NCBI GenBank assembly: GCA_001595385.3
Contig: LVEI03000001.1
Coordinates: 2,235,344 to 2,299,343 of the forward strand
Length of the DNA: 64,000 nucleotides
Reading direction: 5' to 3'
DNA from: Deltaproteobacteria bacterium GWC2_55_46
GTDB lineage: Bacteria; Desulfobacterota; GWC2-55-46
Shown: positions 32,976-42,668 of the stretch, in pieces
Numbering within the stretch: the first letter of the stretch is position 1
Layout of the letters: each line of letters begins with the position of its first letter
Notes under the pieces: model-generated
The model's input: only the letters and a program-made list of their open reading frames with translations
Told to the model about the DNA's origin: nothing
Databases searched by the model: none
Translations under genes and position numbers: made by a program

Positions 32976-33476
32976 TTGGACAAGATAGACGTAAACGCCC
33001 TGGAGCTTAAGGATAAGCTCGTATACCTCAACAGGGTCGCCAAGGTCGTCAAAGGCGGAAAGAGGTTCAGCTTCAACGCCATCGTCGTGGTAGGCGACGC
33101 GAAAGGCCATGTGGGGATCGGCCTGGGCAAGGCTAACGAAGTGCCCGAGGCTATAAGGAAGGCTATAGAACAGGCCAAGAAATCCCTCATACGGGTACCG
33201 ATAGTCGAAGACGGCACCATACCCTACGAGGTAACCGGTGCATTCGGCGCGGGCAGGGTCTTCCTGAGGCCAGCTTCACCTGGTACCGGCATCATCGCCG
33301 GGGGCGGGGTCAGGGCGGTCGTTGAGTCTGTCGGCATCACTAACGTCCTTACGAAGTGCATAGGGACCAACAACCCTCATAACGTCGTGAAGGCCACCAT
33401 GGACGCGCTCAAGCAGCTCAGGAGCCCGGAGAACGTCGCGGAGACCCGCGGAAAGCATCTTCAAGAGGTAAGGTGA
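32976..33476 (+). CDS. rpsE: 30S ribosomal protein S5 (TTG start)
   Basis: 166 aa: [15 protein letters not shown]. Confidence 0.97.
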   Translation: MDKIDVNALELKDKLVYLNRVAKVVKGGKRFSFNAIVVVGDAKGHVGIGLGKANEVPEAIRKAIEQAKKSLIRVPIVEDGTIPYEVTGAFGAGRVFLRPASPGTGIIAGGGVRAVVESVGITNVLTKCIGTNNPHNVVKATMDALKQLRSPENVAETRGKHLQEVR

Positions 33477-33655
33477 TGGAGAAGAAGATAAAGGTTACTT
33501 TGAAAAAGAGGCCCGCGACCGAAAGGCTCCGCATAATACTCAAGGGTATGGGCCTTAATAAGACCAATAGCTCGAGGGAGCTTCTTGACAACCCATCTAC
33601 AAGGGGGATGGTCGCGAAGGTATCCCACCTCGTTTGCGTCGAAGAGCCAAAATAG
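33473..33655 (+). CDS. rpmD: 50S ribosomal protein L30
   Basis: 60 aa, operon order, ATGA overlap with rpsE. Confidence 0.9.
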   Translation: MMEKKIKVTLKKRPATERLRIILKGMGLNKTNSSRELLDNPSTRGMVAKVSHLVCVEEPK

Positions 33656-33703
33656 TATTTGAGCCGCTCCTAAATTTATCAAGCTATCCAAAAGGGAATA
33701 GAG

Positions 33704-34141
33704 ATGCTTAACAGGCTTAAGGCACCCAAGGGCGCCAACCAGAAAAAAACAAGGCGCGGTCGCGGCGAAGGCAGCGGGCTCGGCAAGACCTCCGGAAGGG
33801 GCGGCAAGGGGCAGACCGCGAGGTCAGGCGGCAACGTGAAGCCCGGGTTTGAGGGCGGACAGATGCCGCTTCAGAGGAAGCTCCCGAAGAGGGGCTTCAC
33901 TAATATATTCAAGACCGATTATCAGATAGTAAATATCGGCGCAATAGCGGCTGCGTTCAAGGCCGGAGAGGTAGCAGACCCGGCTTCGATACTCGATAAA
34001 GGCCTCATTAAAAGGCAGCTCCCTGTCAAGGTCCTCGGCGAGGGCGAGATAAAGGCCGCCATCACGGTAAAGGCCAACAGCTTCAGCCAGAGCGCTATCG
34101 AGAAGATAAAGGCCGCGGGCGGAACCGCGGAGGTAATCTGA
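33704..34141 (+). CDS. rplO: 50S ribosomal protein L15
   Basis: 145 aa: RRGRGEGSGLGKTSGRGGKGQ. Confidence 0.96.
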   Translation: MLNRLKAPKGANQKKTRRGRGEGSGLGKTSGRGGKGQTARSGGNVKPGFEGGQMPLQRKLPKRGFTNIFKTDYQIVNIGAIAAAFKAGEVADPASILDKGLIKRQLPVKVLGEGEIKAAITVKANSFSQSAIEKIKAAGGTAEVI

Positions 34142-34142
34142 T

Positions 34143-35453
34143 TTGGCGGGGATAACTCCGAACATAAGCAAGATCCCGGAGCTTAACCGCCGCATTCTGA
34201 TTACACTTATCATGCTTGCAGTCTTCAGGCTCGGTGTTTTCATTCCCACCCCCGGGATCGACGGCGAGGCGCTTGCGGCTTTTTTCAAGGGCGCGAGCGG
34301 GACGCTCCTTGACTTCGCTACAATGTTCACCGGAGGCGCTCTAGAGCGCTTTTCCGTTTTTGCGCTGGGCATAATGCCCTATATCAGCGCATCCATCATC
34401 ATCCAGCTTCTCGCCGCTGTTGTTCCGCACCTTGAAAAGCTCCAGAAAGAGGGCGAGGCCGGCAAGAAGACGATAACCCAGTACACCAGGTACTCGACCG
34501 TAGGCCTGAGCATCGTCCAGAGCCTCATGATAGCTGTAGGCCTGGAGTCGATGAGGGGACCTGCCGGAGAGCCGATAGTCCTGAATCCCGGATGGGACTT
34601 CAGGCTTCTTACAATAATAACCCTGACCACCGGGACATGTTTTCTCATGTGGCTGGGCGAGCAGATAACTGAGAGAGGGGTAGGCAACGGCATATCCCTC
34701 ATAATATTCGTCGGCATAGTGGCTAACATGCCCTCGGCCCTCTACAACACCATACAGCTGGTGCGGGCCGGTGAGATGAGCCTTTTTGTCATCATCCTCC
34801 TTATCGTCCTTATGGTGTCTGTCGTCGCCTTCATCGTATTCATGGAGATGGGGCAGAGGAGGATACCGATACAGTACCCGAAAAGGGTCGTGGGCCGGAA
34901 GGTCATGGGGGGAGGCACTCAGCACCTGCCGCTTAAGGTGAATACCTCAGGGGTCATACCACCGATATTCGCCTCGTCGATAATCGTATTCCCGGCTACC
35001 GTGGCCAACTTCATTAACGTTCCGTCGATGAAGTGGCTGGCCCAGAGCCTGAGCCCGGGAGGGCTTCTCTATAACGCCCTGTTCGTGGTTCTTATAATAT
35101 TCTTCACGTTCTTCTACACGGCTATCCAGTTCAACCCGAAGGACGTGGCGGAGAACCTTAAAAAGTACGGCGGCTTCGTGCCAGGCATAAGGCCGGGGGC
35201 GAACACCGCAGATTATCTCGATACCGTGCTCACGAGACTGACTCTCTGGGGCGCTATATATCTGGCGGCGGTATGCGTACTGCCGTCGCTTCTTATAACC
35301 GAGTTCAACGCGCCCTTTTACTTCGGAGGCACAGCCCTCCTGATCATCGTTGGCGTCGGCATGGACACCGCGCAACAGATAGAATCGCACCTTTTGGCCC
35401 GGAGCTACGAGGGTCTGCTTAAAAAAGGTAAGATAAAAGGCAGGGGCTTTTAG
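34143..35453 (+). CDS. secY: Preprotein translocase subunit SecY (TTG start)
   Basis: 436 aa, 10-TM pattern, conserved SecY blocks (GIMPYISASII). Confidence 0.97.
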   Translation: MAGITPNISKIPELNRRILITLIMLAVFRLGVFIPTPGIDGEALAAFFKGASGTLLDFATMFTGGALERFSVFALGIMPYISASIIIQLLAAVVPHLEKLQKEGEAGKKTITQYTRYSTVGLSIVQSLMIAVGLESMRGPAGEPIVLNPGWDFRLLTIITLTTGTCFLMWLGEQITERGVGNGISLIIFVGIVANMPSALYNTIQLVRAGEMSLFVIILLIVLMVSVVAFIVFMEMGQRRIPIQYPKRVVGRKVMGGGTQHLPLKVNTSGVIPPIFASSIIVFPATVANFINVPSMKWLAQSLSPGGLLYNALFVVLIIFFTFFYTAIQFNPKDVAENLKKYGGFVPGIRPGANTADYLDTVLTRLTLWGAIYLAAVCVLPSLLITEFNAPFYFGGTALLIIVGVGMDTAQQIESHLLARSYEGLLKKGKIKGRGF

Positions 35454-35462
35454 GGATCTGAT

Positions 35463-36131
35463 ATGAACATCATTCTTCTCGGAGCCCCAGGAGCCGGAAA
35501 AGGCACTCAGGGCAAGAGCCTCGCTGACAAGTACAGGATCCCACAGATATCGACCGGGGACATCCTGCGCGCTAACGTAAGGAACAAGACCCAGCTTGGC
35601 TTAAAGGCCAAGGAATATATGGACAAGGGCGCGCTCGTGCCAAACGAAGTTGTTGTCGGCATGGTCGTAGACCGTATCAAAGAGGATGACGCCCAGGCTG
35701 GGTTTATCCTCGACGGCTTTCCCAGGACTATAGCCCAGGCCGAGGCGCTCAAGGCGACCCTTGATTCCCAGGGCAAGAAGATAGACGCCGTCATCGGCAT
35801 AGAGGTCGACAGGAAGGAACTGATAAGAAGGCTTTCCGGCCGCCGGGTCTGCAGGAAATGCGGGGCGAGCTATCATGTCATATTCAGCCCTCCGGTGAAC
35901 ATCGGCATGTGCGACGCGTGCGGCTCAGAGATATACCAGAGGGACGACGACAAGGAAGAGACCATTGAAGCGAGGCTCAAGGTCTACGAGGAAGAGACAT
36001 TCCCTCTCGTTGAGCACTATTCCGGCAAGAAGCTTTACAGGGGGATCGACGGGAAGGGGCCTGTAGACCAGATAACAGGCGCGATCGTAGGGGCAATTGA
36101 GCAGGGAAGCGATAATACTAAAATCTCCTGA
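35463..36131 (+). CDS. adk: Adenylate kinase (zinc-lid form)
   Basis: 222 aa. GAPGAGKGTQ P-loop. Lid CRKCG...CDACG. Confidence 0.97.
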   Translation: MNIILLGAPGAGKGTQGKSLADKYRIPQISTGDILRANVRNKTQLGLKAKEYMDKGALVPNEVVVGMVVDRIKEDDAQAGFILDGFPRTIAQAEALKATLDSQGKKIDAVIGIEVDRKELIRRLSGRRVCRKCGASYHVIFSPPVNIGMCDACGSEIYQRDDDKEETIEARLKVYEEETFPLVEHYSGKKLYRGIDGKGPVDQITGAIVGAIEQGSDNTKIS

Positions 36132-36855
36132 AGAGATACAGGTCATGCGCAGGGCCGGTGTCGCAGTCGCCGAAGTCCTGGCAATCCTCAAAAGTAAGGT
36201 CAGGCCCGGGGTCACGACCCTTGACCTTGAAAAGATAGCCGAAGAAGAGACAAAGAAGAGAAAGGCCGTGCCCGCCTTCAAGGGGTACAGGGGTTACCCG
36301 TACTGCCTGTGTACTTCGGTGAATGAGCAGGTAGTGCACGGTATGCCATCGAAGATGGCGCTTAAGGACGGGGATATCCTTAGTATTGACTTCGGCGTCA
36401 GGATCGATGGTTTTTACGGCGACTCTGCCGTTACCCTGCCGGTCGGCAAGGTAACTGAGGAGGCCAGCCTCCTTATGAGGGTTACCGAGGAGTCGCTCGC
36501 AAGGGCGATAGAGGCCGCCAAGGTCGGGGGCCGCCTCATGGACGTATCCTCGGCGGTACAGACCCATGTAGAGTCCTTTGGGTTCTCGGTAGTAAGAGAG
36601 TTCGTCGGGCACGGGATAGGAAGAGAGCTCCATGAGCCGCCTCAGGTGCCGAACTTCGGGACCCCAGGGACCGGCGTAAGATTAAAAGAAGGCATGGTGC
36701 TGGCGATAGAGCCCATGATAAACGCGGGTGGCTGGGCCATCAGGGTTCTGGAAGACGGCTGGACGGCCGTTACGGCTGACGGTCGCCTTTCCGCTCATTT
36801 CGAGCATACGGTAGCAATAACCCCGGAAGGGCCGCTGGTGCTCTCGAGGCTTTAG
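36097..36855 (+). CDS. map: Methionine aminopeptidase type I (TTG start, overlaps adk by 35 nt)
   Basis: 252 aa. The conserved N-terminus [15 protein letters not shown] requires a start upstream of 36110, and the only candidate is TTG at 36097. Metal-ligand blocks are present. Confidence 0.9.
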   Translation: MSREAIILKSPEEIQVMRRAGVAVAEVLAILKSKVRPGVTTLDLEKIAEEETKKRKAVPAFKGYRGYPYCLCTSVNEQVVHGMPSKMALKDGDILSIDFGVRIDGFYGDSAVTLPVGKVTEEASLLMRVTEESLARAIEAAKVGGRLMDVSSAVQTHVESFGFSVVREFVGHGIGRELHEPPQVPNFGTPGTGVRLKEGMVLAIEPMINAGGWAIRVLEDGWTAVTADGRLSAHFEHTVAITPEGPLVLSRL

Positions 36856-36869
36856 AAAACAGGAACAGG

Positions 36870-37088
36870 ATGCCTAAAGAGGAAGCAATACTCGTAGAGG
36901 GGACGGTAATCGAGACTCTCCCGAACGCAATGTTCAGGGTGGAGCTGGAGAACAAGCACAAGGTGCTTGCTCATGTCTCCGGAAAAATGAGGATGCATTT
37001 CATCAAGATACTGCCCGGCGACAAGGTCACGGTCGAGCTGTCTCCCTATGACCTTACCAGGGGCAGGATAACATACAGGGCCAAGTAG
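36870..37088 (+). CDS. infA: Translation initiation factor IF-1
   Basis: 72 aa: [32 protein letters not shown]. Confidence 0.97.
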   Translation: MPKEEAILVEGTVIETLPNAMFRVELENKHKVLAHVSGKMRMHFIKILPGDKVTVELSPYDLTRGRITYRAK

Positions 37089-37110
37089 TTTTCAAAAAGC
37101 GAGGAAAAAG

Positions 37111-37224
37111 ATGAAGGTAAGAAGTTCAGTAAAGAAGATATGCGCCAAGTGCAAGATCATAAAGAGAAGCGGTGTAGTCCGCGTGGTCTGCACAAACCCC
37201 AAGCACAAGCAGAGGCAGGGGTAA
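37111..37224 (+). CDS. rpmJ: 50S ribosomal protein L36 (zinc form)
   Basis: 37-aa ORF absent from the track: [37 protein letters not shown]. Confidence 0.93.
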   Translation: MKVRSSVKKICAKCKIIKRSGVVRVVCTNPKHKQRQG

Positions 37225-37265
37225 GCTTTTTTTAACCTCAGCCGTTTTCCAAAGGAGGAAAAGTT

Positions 37266-37640
37266 TTGGCAAGGATCGCTGGTGTAGACCTGAAAAAGAA
37301 CAAAAGGATTGATGTCGCGCTGACCCAGATCTACGGCGTCGGCCAGACCTCAGCCAGGAAGATACTCGAGAAGGCGGCCGTTGAGCCTTCGGTAAAGGTG
37401 CAGGACCTCACGGAGCCGCAGGTCGCGGCCATCAGGAAGGCCATCGACACCGACTTCAAGGTGGAAGGTGATCTCAGAAAAGAGGTCTCCATGCATGTCA
37501 AGATGCTTATCGACATGGGCTGCTACAGGGGCATACGCCATAGGAAGAACCTCCCGGTGCGCGGTCAGAGGACCCATACCAACGCGAGGACAAGGAAAGG
37601 CCCCCGCAAGGGCGTGGTTTCGACCAGGAAGTCCGAATAA
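37266..37640 (+). CDS. rpsM: 30S ribosomal protein S13 (TTG start)
   Basis: 124 aa: ARIAGVDL ... [19 protein letters not shown]. Confidence 0.97.
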   Translation: MARIAGVDLKKNKRIDVALTQIYGVGQTSARKILEKAAVEPSVKVQDLTEPQVAAIRKAIDTDFKVEGDLRKEVSMHVKMLIDMGCYRGIRHRKNLPVRGQRTHTNARTRKGPRKGVVSTRKSE

Positions 37641-37749
37641 AGAATTTACTGGATTTTCACAGGTGTTTTAGGGCATAATAACTATTTGCGGTCAATTCAG
37701 GGGCCTGGACATTTTTACAGGCGCTTTAGAGTCTCCGGAGGAGTTTTAG

Positions 37750-38124
37750 ATGGCAAAGGTCAAGAAGGAAAAGAGAGCTGTATCAAGGGGGGTCGCCCAC
37801 ATCAAGTCGACCTTCAACAACACGATTGTGAGCATCACCGACCCTGCCGGGAACGTGATAGCCTGGTCGAGCTGCGGAGCGCAGGGCTTCAAGGGCTCAA
37901 GGAAGGGCACGCCCTTCGCCGCGCAGGTCGCAGCCGAGACGGCCGCGAAGAAGGCGATGGACAGCGGTGTAAAGACCGTTGAGGTATTTATAAACGGCCC
38001 GGGAGCTGGCAGGGAAGCGGCATTGAGGTCTTTGCAGGCCGCCGGGTTCAGCATCAGCCTTATAAGGGACGTAACGCCTCTCCCCCACAACGGGTGCAGG
38101 CCCCCGAAGAGGCGCAGGGTATAA
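37750..38124 (+). CDS. rpsK: 30S ribosomal protein S11
   Basis: 124 aa: [18 protein letters not shown]. Confidence 0.97.
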   Translation: MAKVKKEKRAVSRGVAHIKSTFNNTIVSITDPAGNVIAWSSCGAQGFKGSRKGTPFAAQVAAETAAKKAMDSGVKTVEVFINGPGAGREAALRSLQAAGFSISLIRDVTPLPHNGCRPPKRRRV

Positions 38125-38202
38125 CTCAAAGAATTCATTTACGCGCATTTTGGCGCCCTGCCCGGCCATATGTCCGGGCACTGGATGAACGGAGGAAGCA
38201 AG

Positions 38203-38832
38203 TTGGCAAGGTATACTGAATCGGTTTGCAAGATCTGCAGGCGCGAAGGCATGAAGCTATTCTTCAAGGCCGAGCGCTGCTACACTGACAAATGCGCGTT
38301 CGAGAGAAGGGCTTACGCGCCGGGCCAGCACGGCCAGGCCAGGGGCAAGGTCTCCGAATACGCGTTGCAGCTTCGAGAGAAGCAGAAGGTCAAGAGGACC
38401 TACGGTCTCATGGAGACACAGTTCAAGAACACCTTCAAGGACGCGGACAGGTCCAGGGGCATAACCGGCGAGAACCTCATCACGATGCTTGAAAGAAGGC
38501 TCGACAATGTGGTCTACAGGCTGGGGATCGCAGGCTCCAGGAGCGAGGCCAGGATGATGGTCACTCACGGCTACTTCCGGTTGAACGGCAGGAAGGTCGA
38601 CATCCCTTCCTACAGGGTCAAGCAGAACGATATGATTGAGGTCGCTGAGAAGAGGAAGAAGGAAGCCAGGCTCGCCGACAACATCAAGTCGGCCGAGAGC
38701 AGGCATGGAATACCGGAGTGGCTCCTGCTTGACAGGGATAACCTCAAGGGAACGGTCGCAAGGCTCCCGAGAAGGGAAGATACCACGCTGCCTATGCACG
38801 AGCAGCTTATTGTCGAGCTCTACTCCAAATAA
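38203..38832 (+). CDS. rpsD: 30S ribosomal protein S4 (TTG start, Cys4 N-terminus)
   Basis: The conserved N-terminus [15 protein letters not shown] begins at TTG 38203, with GGAGGA 8 nt upstream. The track ORF (ATG 38170) adds 11 non-conserved residues. Confidence 0.9.
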   Translation: MARYTESVCKICRREGMKLFFKAERCYTDKCAFERRAYAPGQHGQARGKVSEYALQLREKQKVKRTYGLMETQFKNTFKDADRSRGITGENLITMLERRLDNVVYRLGIAGSRSEARMMVTHGYFRLNGRKVDIPSYRVKQNDMIEVAEKRKKEARLADNIKSAESRHGIPEWLLLDRDNLKGTVARLPRREDTTLPMHEQLIVELYSK

Positions 38833-38925
38833 TAATCCTGAAAGACCTGCCTTCCGGCGGCCGCGGCTGCCGGAAGGAAAGCCTTTTTTAGGTCTTACTA
38901 CAATTTAAACAAGGATAGGTAAACC

Positions 38926-39945
38926 ATGCAAAAAAACTGGCGTGACCTTATCAAACCGAAAAAGCTTGAGGTAGAAAAAGACACGCTTACCCCGACATAC
39001 GGCAAGTTCGTAGCTGAGCCGCTTGAAAGGGGTTTTGGCGTGACGATCGGCAACGCCATCAGGAGGATACTCCTTTCGTCCCTTCAGGGCGCGGCCATCA
39101 CCTCGGTCAAGATAGACGGAGTCCTGCATGAGTTCACCTCGATCCACGGGGTCAAGGAGGACGTTTCCGATATAATACTGAACCTTAAGCAGGTCAGGCT
39201 CAAGCTCCACGGCGAGGGGCCCAAGACCTTGAGGATAAAGAACGGCGGAGACGGAGTACTTAAGGCCGGCGACATCATAACCGATTCTACCGTCGAGGTC
39301 CTTAACCCTGACCAGCACATAGCAACGGTCGCGAAGGACGCGAAGTTCGACTGCGAGCTCGCCGTAGCATCCGGCAAGGGCTATGTGCCTTCAGAGAGGA
39401 ACAAGCTGCCTGAGATGCCCATCGGGACCATCCCGGTCGATTCCATATTCCAGCCCGTAAGCAGGGTAAACTTCAACGTGACCCATGCCAGGGTAGGGCA
39501 GAGGACCGACTATGACAAGCTCGTGCTCGAGGTGTGGACGACCGGCGCTATCGACCCGCAGAGCGCTGTAGCTGTCGCCGCCAAGATATTGAAGGACCAG
39601 CTGAGCGTCTTCATCACTTTCGAAGAGGGCGAGGAAGAGGCTCTCTTGGAAAGAGGCGAGGGCAAGCCTCAGTTCAACGACAACCTCTTTAAGACAGTGG
39701 ACGAGCTTGAGCTCTCCGTCAGGTCGGCAAACTGCCTCAAGAACGCAGATATCAAGTATATCGGCGAGATGGTGCAGAAGACCGAGCAGGAGATGCTCAG
39801 GACAAAGAACTTCGGCAGGAAATCTCTTAACGAGATAAAGGAAATACTTCGCGGAATGGGCCTGGATTTCGGCATGAAGCTCGAGGGCTTCCCCTCAAGA
39901 AAAGAGCTTGACGGCATGCATTCTGAGCACAAGGAGACCGCCTAA
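38926..39945 (+). CDS. rpoA: DNA-directed RNA polymerase subunit alpha
   Basis: 339 aa. NTD and CTD (ELELSVRSANCLKNADIKYIGEMV). Confidence 0.98.
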   Translation: MQKNWRDLIKPKKLEVEKDTLTPTYGKFVAEPLERGFGVTIGNAIRRILLSSLQGAAITSVKIDGVLHEFTSIHGVKEDVSDIILNLKQVRLKLHGEGPKTLRIKNGGDGVLKAGDIITDSTVEVLNPDQHIATVAKDAKFDCELAVASGKGYVPSERNKLPEMPIGTIPVDSIFQPVSRVNFNVTHARVGQRTDYDKLVLEVWTTGAIDPQSAVAVAAKILKDQLSVFITFEEGEEEALLERGEGKPQFNDNLFKTVDELELSVRSANCLKNADIKYIGEMVQKTEQEMLRTKNFGRKSLNEIKEILRGMGLDFGMKLEGFPSRKELDGMHSEHKETA

Positions 39946-39957
39946 GGGGCACGCCTT

Positions 39958-40524
39958 ATGAGACATAACAGAGACGAAAAGAGATTTGACAGGACATACA
40001 GCCATCTGAAGAGCATGCTTGCCAACATGACCAACGACCTGGTCATGCACGGCAGGATAAAGACGACCACGCCCAAGGCCAAGGTGCTCAGGAGCTACGC
40101 CGAGAAGATGATAACGCTCGGCAAGAACGGCAGCCTGGCCTCAAGGAGAAGGGCTATGGCCTTCATGAGGAACAAGGTCGCCGTCACAAAGCTCTTCGCC
40201 GAGGTCGCACCGCAGTTCAAGGAACGCAACGGCGGCTATACAAGGATAATGAAGCTCGGCAACAGGCCCGGAGACAACGCCGCTATCTCCATCATAGAGC
40301 TGGTAGAGGGTGCGCAAGTGAAGGCTGCCGAAGCTACGGTAAAGGCCAAGGCTCCGAAGAAGCCCGCGGCGGCCAAGGCAAAAGCGCCTGCCAAGGCGAA
40401 GGCTGCGGCTACCGAAAAGAAAGCCCCTGCCAAGAAGGCGGCCGCGAAGAAGGAAACGGCTGAAAAGACCGAGAAGGCGCCGGCAAAGATGGCGCCCAGG
40501 AAAAAGGCCGCTGACAAGGAATAA
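39958..40524 (+). CDS. rplQ: 50S ribosomal protein L17 with a Lys/Ala/Pro-rich C-terminal extension
   Basis: An L17 core of about 117 aa, then a ~70-aa AKAPKKPAAAKAKAPAKAKAA-type tail. Confidence 0.95.
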   Translation: MRHNRDEKRFDRTYSHLKSMLANMTNDLVMHGRIKTTTPKAKVLRSYAEKMITLGKNGSLASRRRAMAFMRNKVAVTKLFAEVAPQFKERNGGYTRIMKLGNRPGDNAAISIIELVEGAQVKAAEATVKAKAPKKPAAAKAKAPAKAKAAATEKKAPAKKAAAKKETAEKTEKAPAKMAPRKKAADKE

Positions 40525-40528
40525 AGGT

Positions 40529-40563
40529 AAAGGGACGGGAGTTATCCCGTCCCTTTGTTTTTC
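40529..40563 (+). terminator. Intrinsic terminator ending the alpha operon
   Basis: 12-bp stem AAAGGGACGGGA/TCCCGTCCCTTT, 4-nt loop, then GTTTTT. Confidence 0.9.
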
Positions 40564-40579
40564 TTTAGAAGCTGTTCGT

Positions 40580-40607
40580 TTGATTTCGTTTTAAACTCAA
40601 CTATAAT
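40580..40607 (+). promoter_or_regulatory. Sigma70-like promoter for the HU-like gene
   Basis: TTGATT (40580-40585), 16-nt spacer, TATAAT (40602-40607). Confidence 0.5.
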
Positions 40608-40715
40608 AGTATTGCGGGACCGGCTCATCTGCTGGCAATCGCAAATCTGACCTGTCTTTTTCCGCTCGACCGGCCTCTTTGGGCAGGCAAAAAAAACGCA
40701 GAGACGGAGGTTTTT

Positions 40716-41009
40716 ATGTCAAATTCGATGACCAAGTCCCAGATAGAGGATCACATCTCACGCGAGACAGGGGTGCCCAAGAAGACGGTTAAGGAGATCA
40801 TGGCCAAGCTGGCTGAGCTTGCCTACAGAGAGGCTAAAAACCAGTTTACAGTTGCCGGGCTCGGGAAGCTCGTGCTTGTTGACAGGCCCGCCAGGACCGG
40901 AAGGAACCCGAGGACAGGCGAGGAGATACAGATACCAGCCAAGAAGGCCGTGAAGTTCAGGCTCTCAAAGGCCTGCAAGGATGAGGTCCTTAAACAGGCC
41001 GGCGAGTAA
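40716..41009 (+). CDS. HU/IHF-family DNA-binding protein
   Basis: 97 aa: RPARTGRNPRTGEEIQIPAKKAVKFR arm motif. Confidence 0.9.
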   Translation: MSNSMTKSQIEDHISRETGVPKKTVKEIMAKLAELAYREAKNQFTVAGLGKLVLVDRPARTGRNPRTGEEIQIPAKKAVKFRLSKACKDEVLKQAGE

Positions 41010-41014
41010 ATCGG

Positions 41015-41356
41015 TCAGTTCCCGGCGCTTTTGAACCCGTAGGACCAGACCACGTTGTCCCTGAAGACGAGTTCGAGGGTTGTCTTTGACTCACTGCCCC
41101 TGACCTCGTTTTCTACTACCCCTCCAAGGTACGCGGGGACTTTCTTTTCCTTAAAAGTGTATACCATCCGCTCCTCGCTATTCTCATAGCTTACCTCAGT
41201 CGGGGAGCCGAACGCTTCGATGACAGCCTGCCGGGTCGTAGAGCCCGGCTTTATTTCCAGCACCTTCGACTTGTCTATCCTGGTCCCCTCGGTCCTTGTG
41301 ATGGACATGCACCCCGCAAGGACAATGGCCGGAATAAGCAGGAACAATTTCTTCAT
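41015..41356 (-). CDS. Lipoprotein, BamE/SmpA-OmlA-like
   Basis: 113 aa. Signal peptide with lipobox LAGC. IKPGSTTRQAVIEAFGSPT resembles the BamE fold motif. Confidence 0.55.
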   Translation of the reverse strand: MKKLFLLIPAIVLAGCMSITRTEGTRIDKSKVLEIKPGSTTRQAVIEAFGSPTEVSYENSEERMVYTFKEKKVPAYLGGVVENEVRGSESKTTLELVFRDNVVWSYGFKSAGN

Positions 41357-41555
41357 CTCTTCTCAATACCTCCCTGGATTTTTAAAGCGGGTTGTAGTTC
41401 ACGGGCTATTGACATGGATTAACAACCGCGTGTGAGCCCGGTCATATGACTGTGGATTACATACTGCGTTTTTGCGAACATTGCTCCTGATACCGCATAC
41501 TAAAGTCGATGGTAATCATAAAGCCGGCTGGAAAAGACCCGGCCCGGGCGGTATG

Positions 41556-42620
41556 TCAAGCCTCCGCCACGCCGTCCCTCGTCCTGTTCTTGACGTCGTA
41601 CATGGCATGGTCGGCCTTTTGTATCAGCTCGTCCTTGTCCCGCGCGTCCCAGGGGAACGTAGCGACGCCAAAGCTCGCGGTAAGGTGAAGGTTTAGGCCA
41701 TCGTCCTTGAGAAAAACAGCTTCCCTGAAGGAGTTTCTCAGCTTTTCGGCGACCAGTGCCGCGCTCTTTTTCGGAGTCCCGGGCATCATCACTATGAACT
41801 CATCGCCGCCGTATCTGCAGACCATGTCCACGTTCCTTGTGAGCGAAAGGATGAGCTGCGCTATCTCTTTGAGGAGCTTGCTCCCGATGAGGTGCCCGTG
41901 CGTGTCGTTCACGTCCTTGAAGTAGTCCAGGTCAAGGAATATCATCGAGAGCTCGTATCTGAATCTCCGTGCCCTTTCTACCTCGTACTCAAGCCTTGAG
42001 TGGAGGAAGCGCGAGTTGTAGAGCTTGGTGAGGTCGTCGGTGATAGTAAGCTCCTGCACCCGGTTGAAGAAGATGGCGTTCTCAATGGCTATGGCGGTAA
42101 AGTCCGCGAGCGTTGTAAGCACCAGGAGGTCGTCTTCGGAGAAGCCCTTGTCCTCTTCGACCTTGTTTATGAGCTCTATTACGCCCAGGCACCTTCCGCG
42201 CGTAATGAGAGGAACGCAGATTATCGATTGGGTCGTGAAGTTCGAGACCTCGTCCCCCTTTTTGCTGAACCGAGGGTCCTTCTGGACGTCTGGCACGAGA
42301 AGAGGCTTTTTCTTCCTGGCTACCCAGCCAGCCACACCCTCGCCTGGCTTGAGCCTCAGGTCCTTGAGCTTCTCCGAGCCCTTGCCCACGACTATCTCGA
42401 ACTTGAGCTCGCCGGTAGACTCATCGCGCAGCAATAGCGACCAGTTCTTGGGCCGAAGCAGCTCGCTTATCTTCTCCATTACCTTGTTGAGGATCTCTTT
42501 CAAGTCGAGGGAGGAGGTGAGGGCCTTGCCCAATTCCGTGAATATGGCGAGTTGTTGCCTTTTTTGAAAGAGTTCTCTGGCTTCAGGGGTATTGAAGTCC
42601 TGGCCCTTTGGGATTTCCAT
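41556..42620 (-). CDS. GAF domain-containing diguanylate cyclase (GGDEF)
   Basis: 354 aa. N-terminal GAF-like region, then a C-terminal RYGGDEF active-site motif. Confidence 0.9.
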   Translation of the reverse strand: MEIPKGQDFNTPEARELFQKRQQLAIFTELGKALTSSLDLKEILNKVMEKISELLRPKNWSLLLRDESTGELKFEIVVGKGSEKLKDLRLKPGEGVAGWVARKKKPLLVPDVQKDPRFSKKGDEVSNFTTQSIICVPLITRGRCLGVIELINKVEEDKGFSEDDLLVLTTLADFTAIAIENAIFFNRVQELTITDDLTKLYNSRFLHSRLEYEVERARRFRYELSMIFLDLDYFKDVNDTHGHLIGSKLLKEIAQLILSLTRNVDMVCRYGGDEFIVMMPGTPKKSAALVAEKLRNSFREAVFLKDDGLNLHLTASFGVATFPWDARDKDELIQKADHAMYDVKNRTRDGVAEA

Positions 42621-42668
42621 TGCGAAAATATAACTTAACGGCCGTGAAAAATCAAGGACTGCACAGGC

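Noticed and set aside
41009-41015. Convergent HU-like and lipoprotein genes whose stop codons are only 5 nt apart, considered as a possible fused or antisense regulatory arrangement
   Set aside because: This is simple convergent packing. There is no hairpin or extra ORF, and nothing beyond tight spacing is visible.
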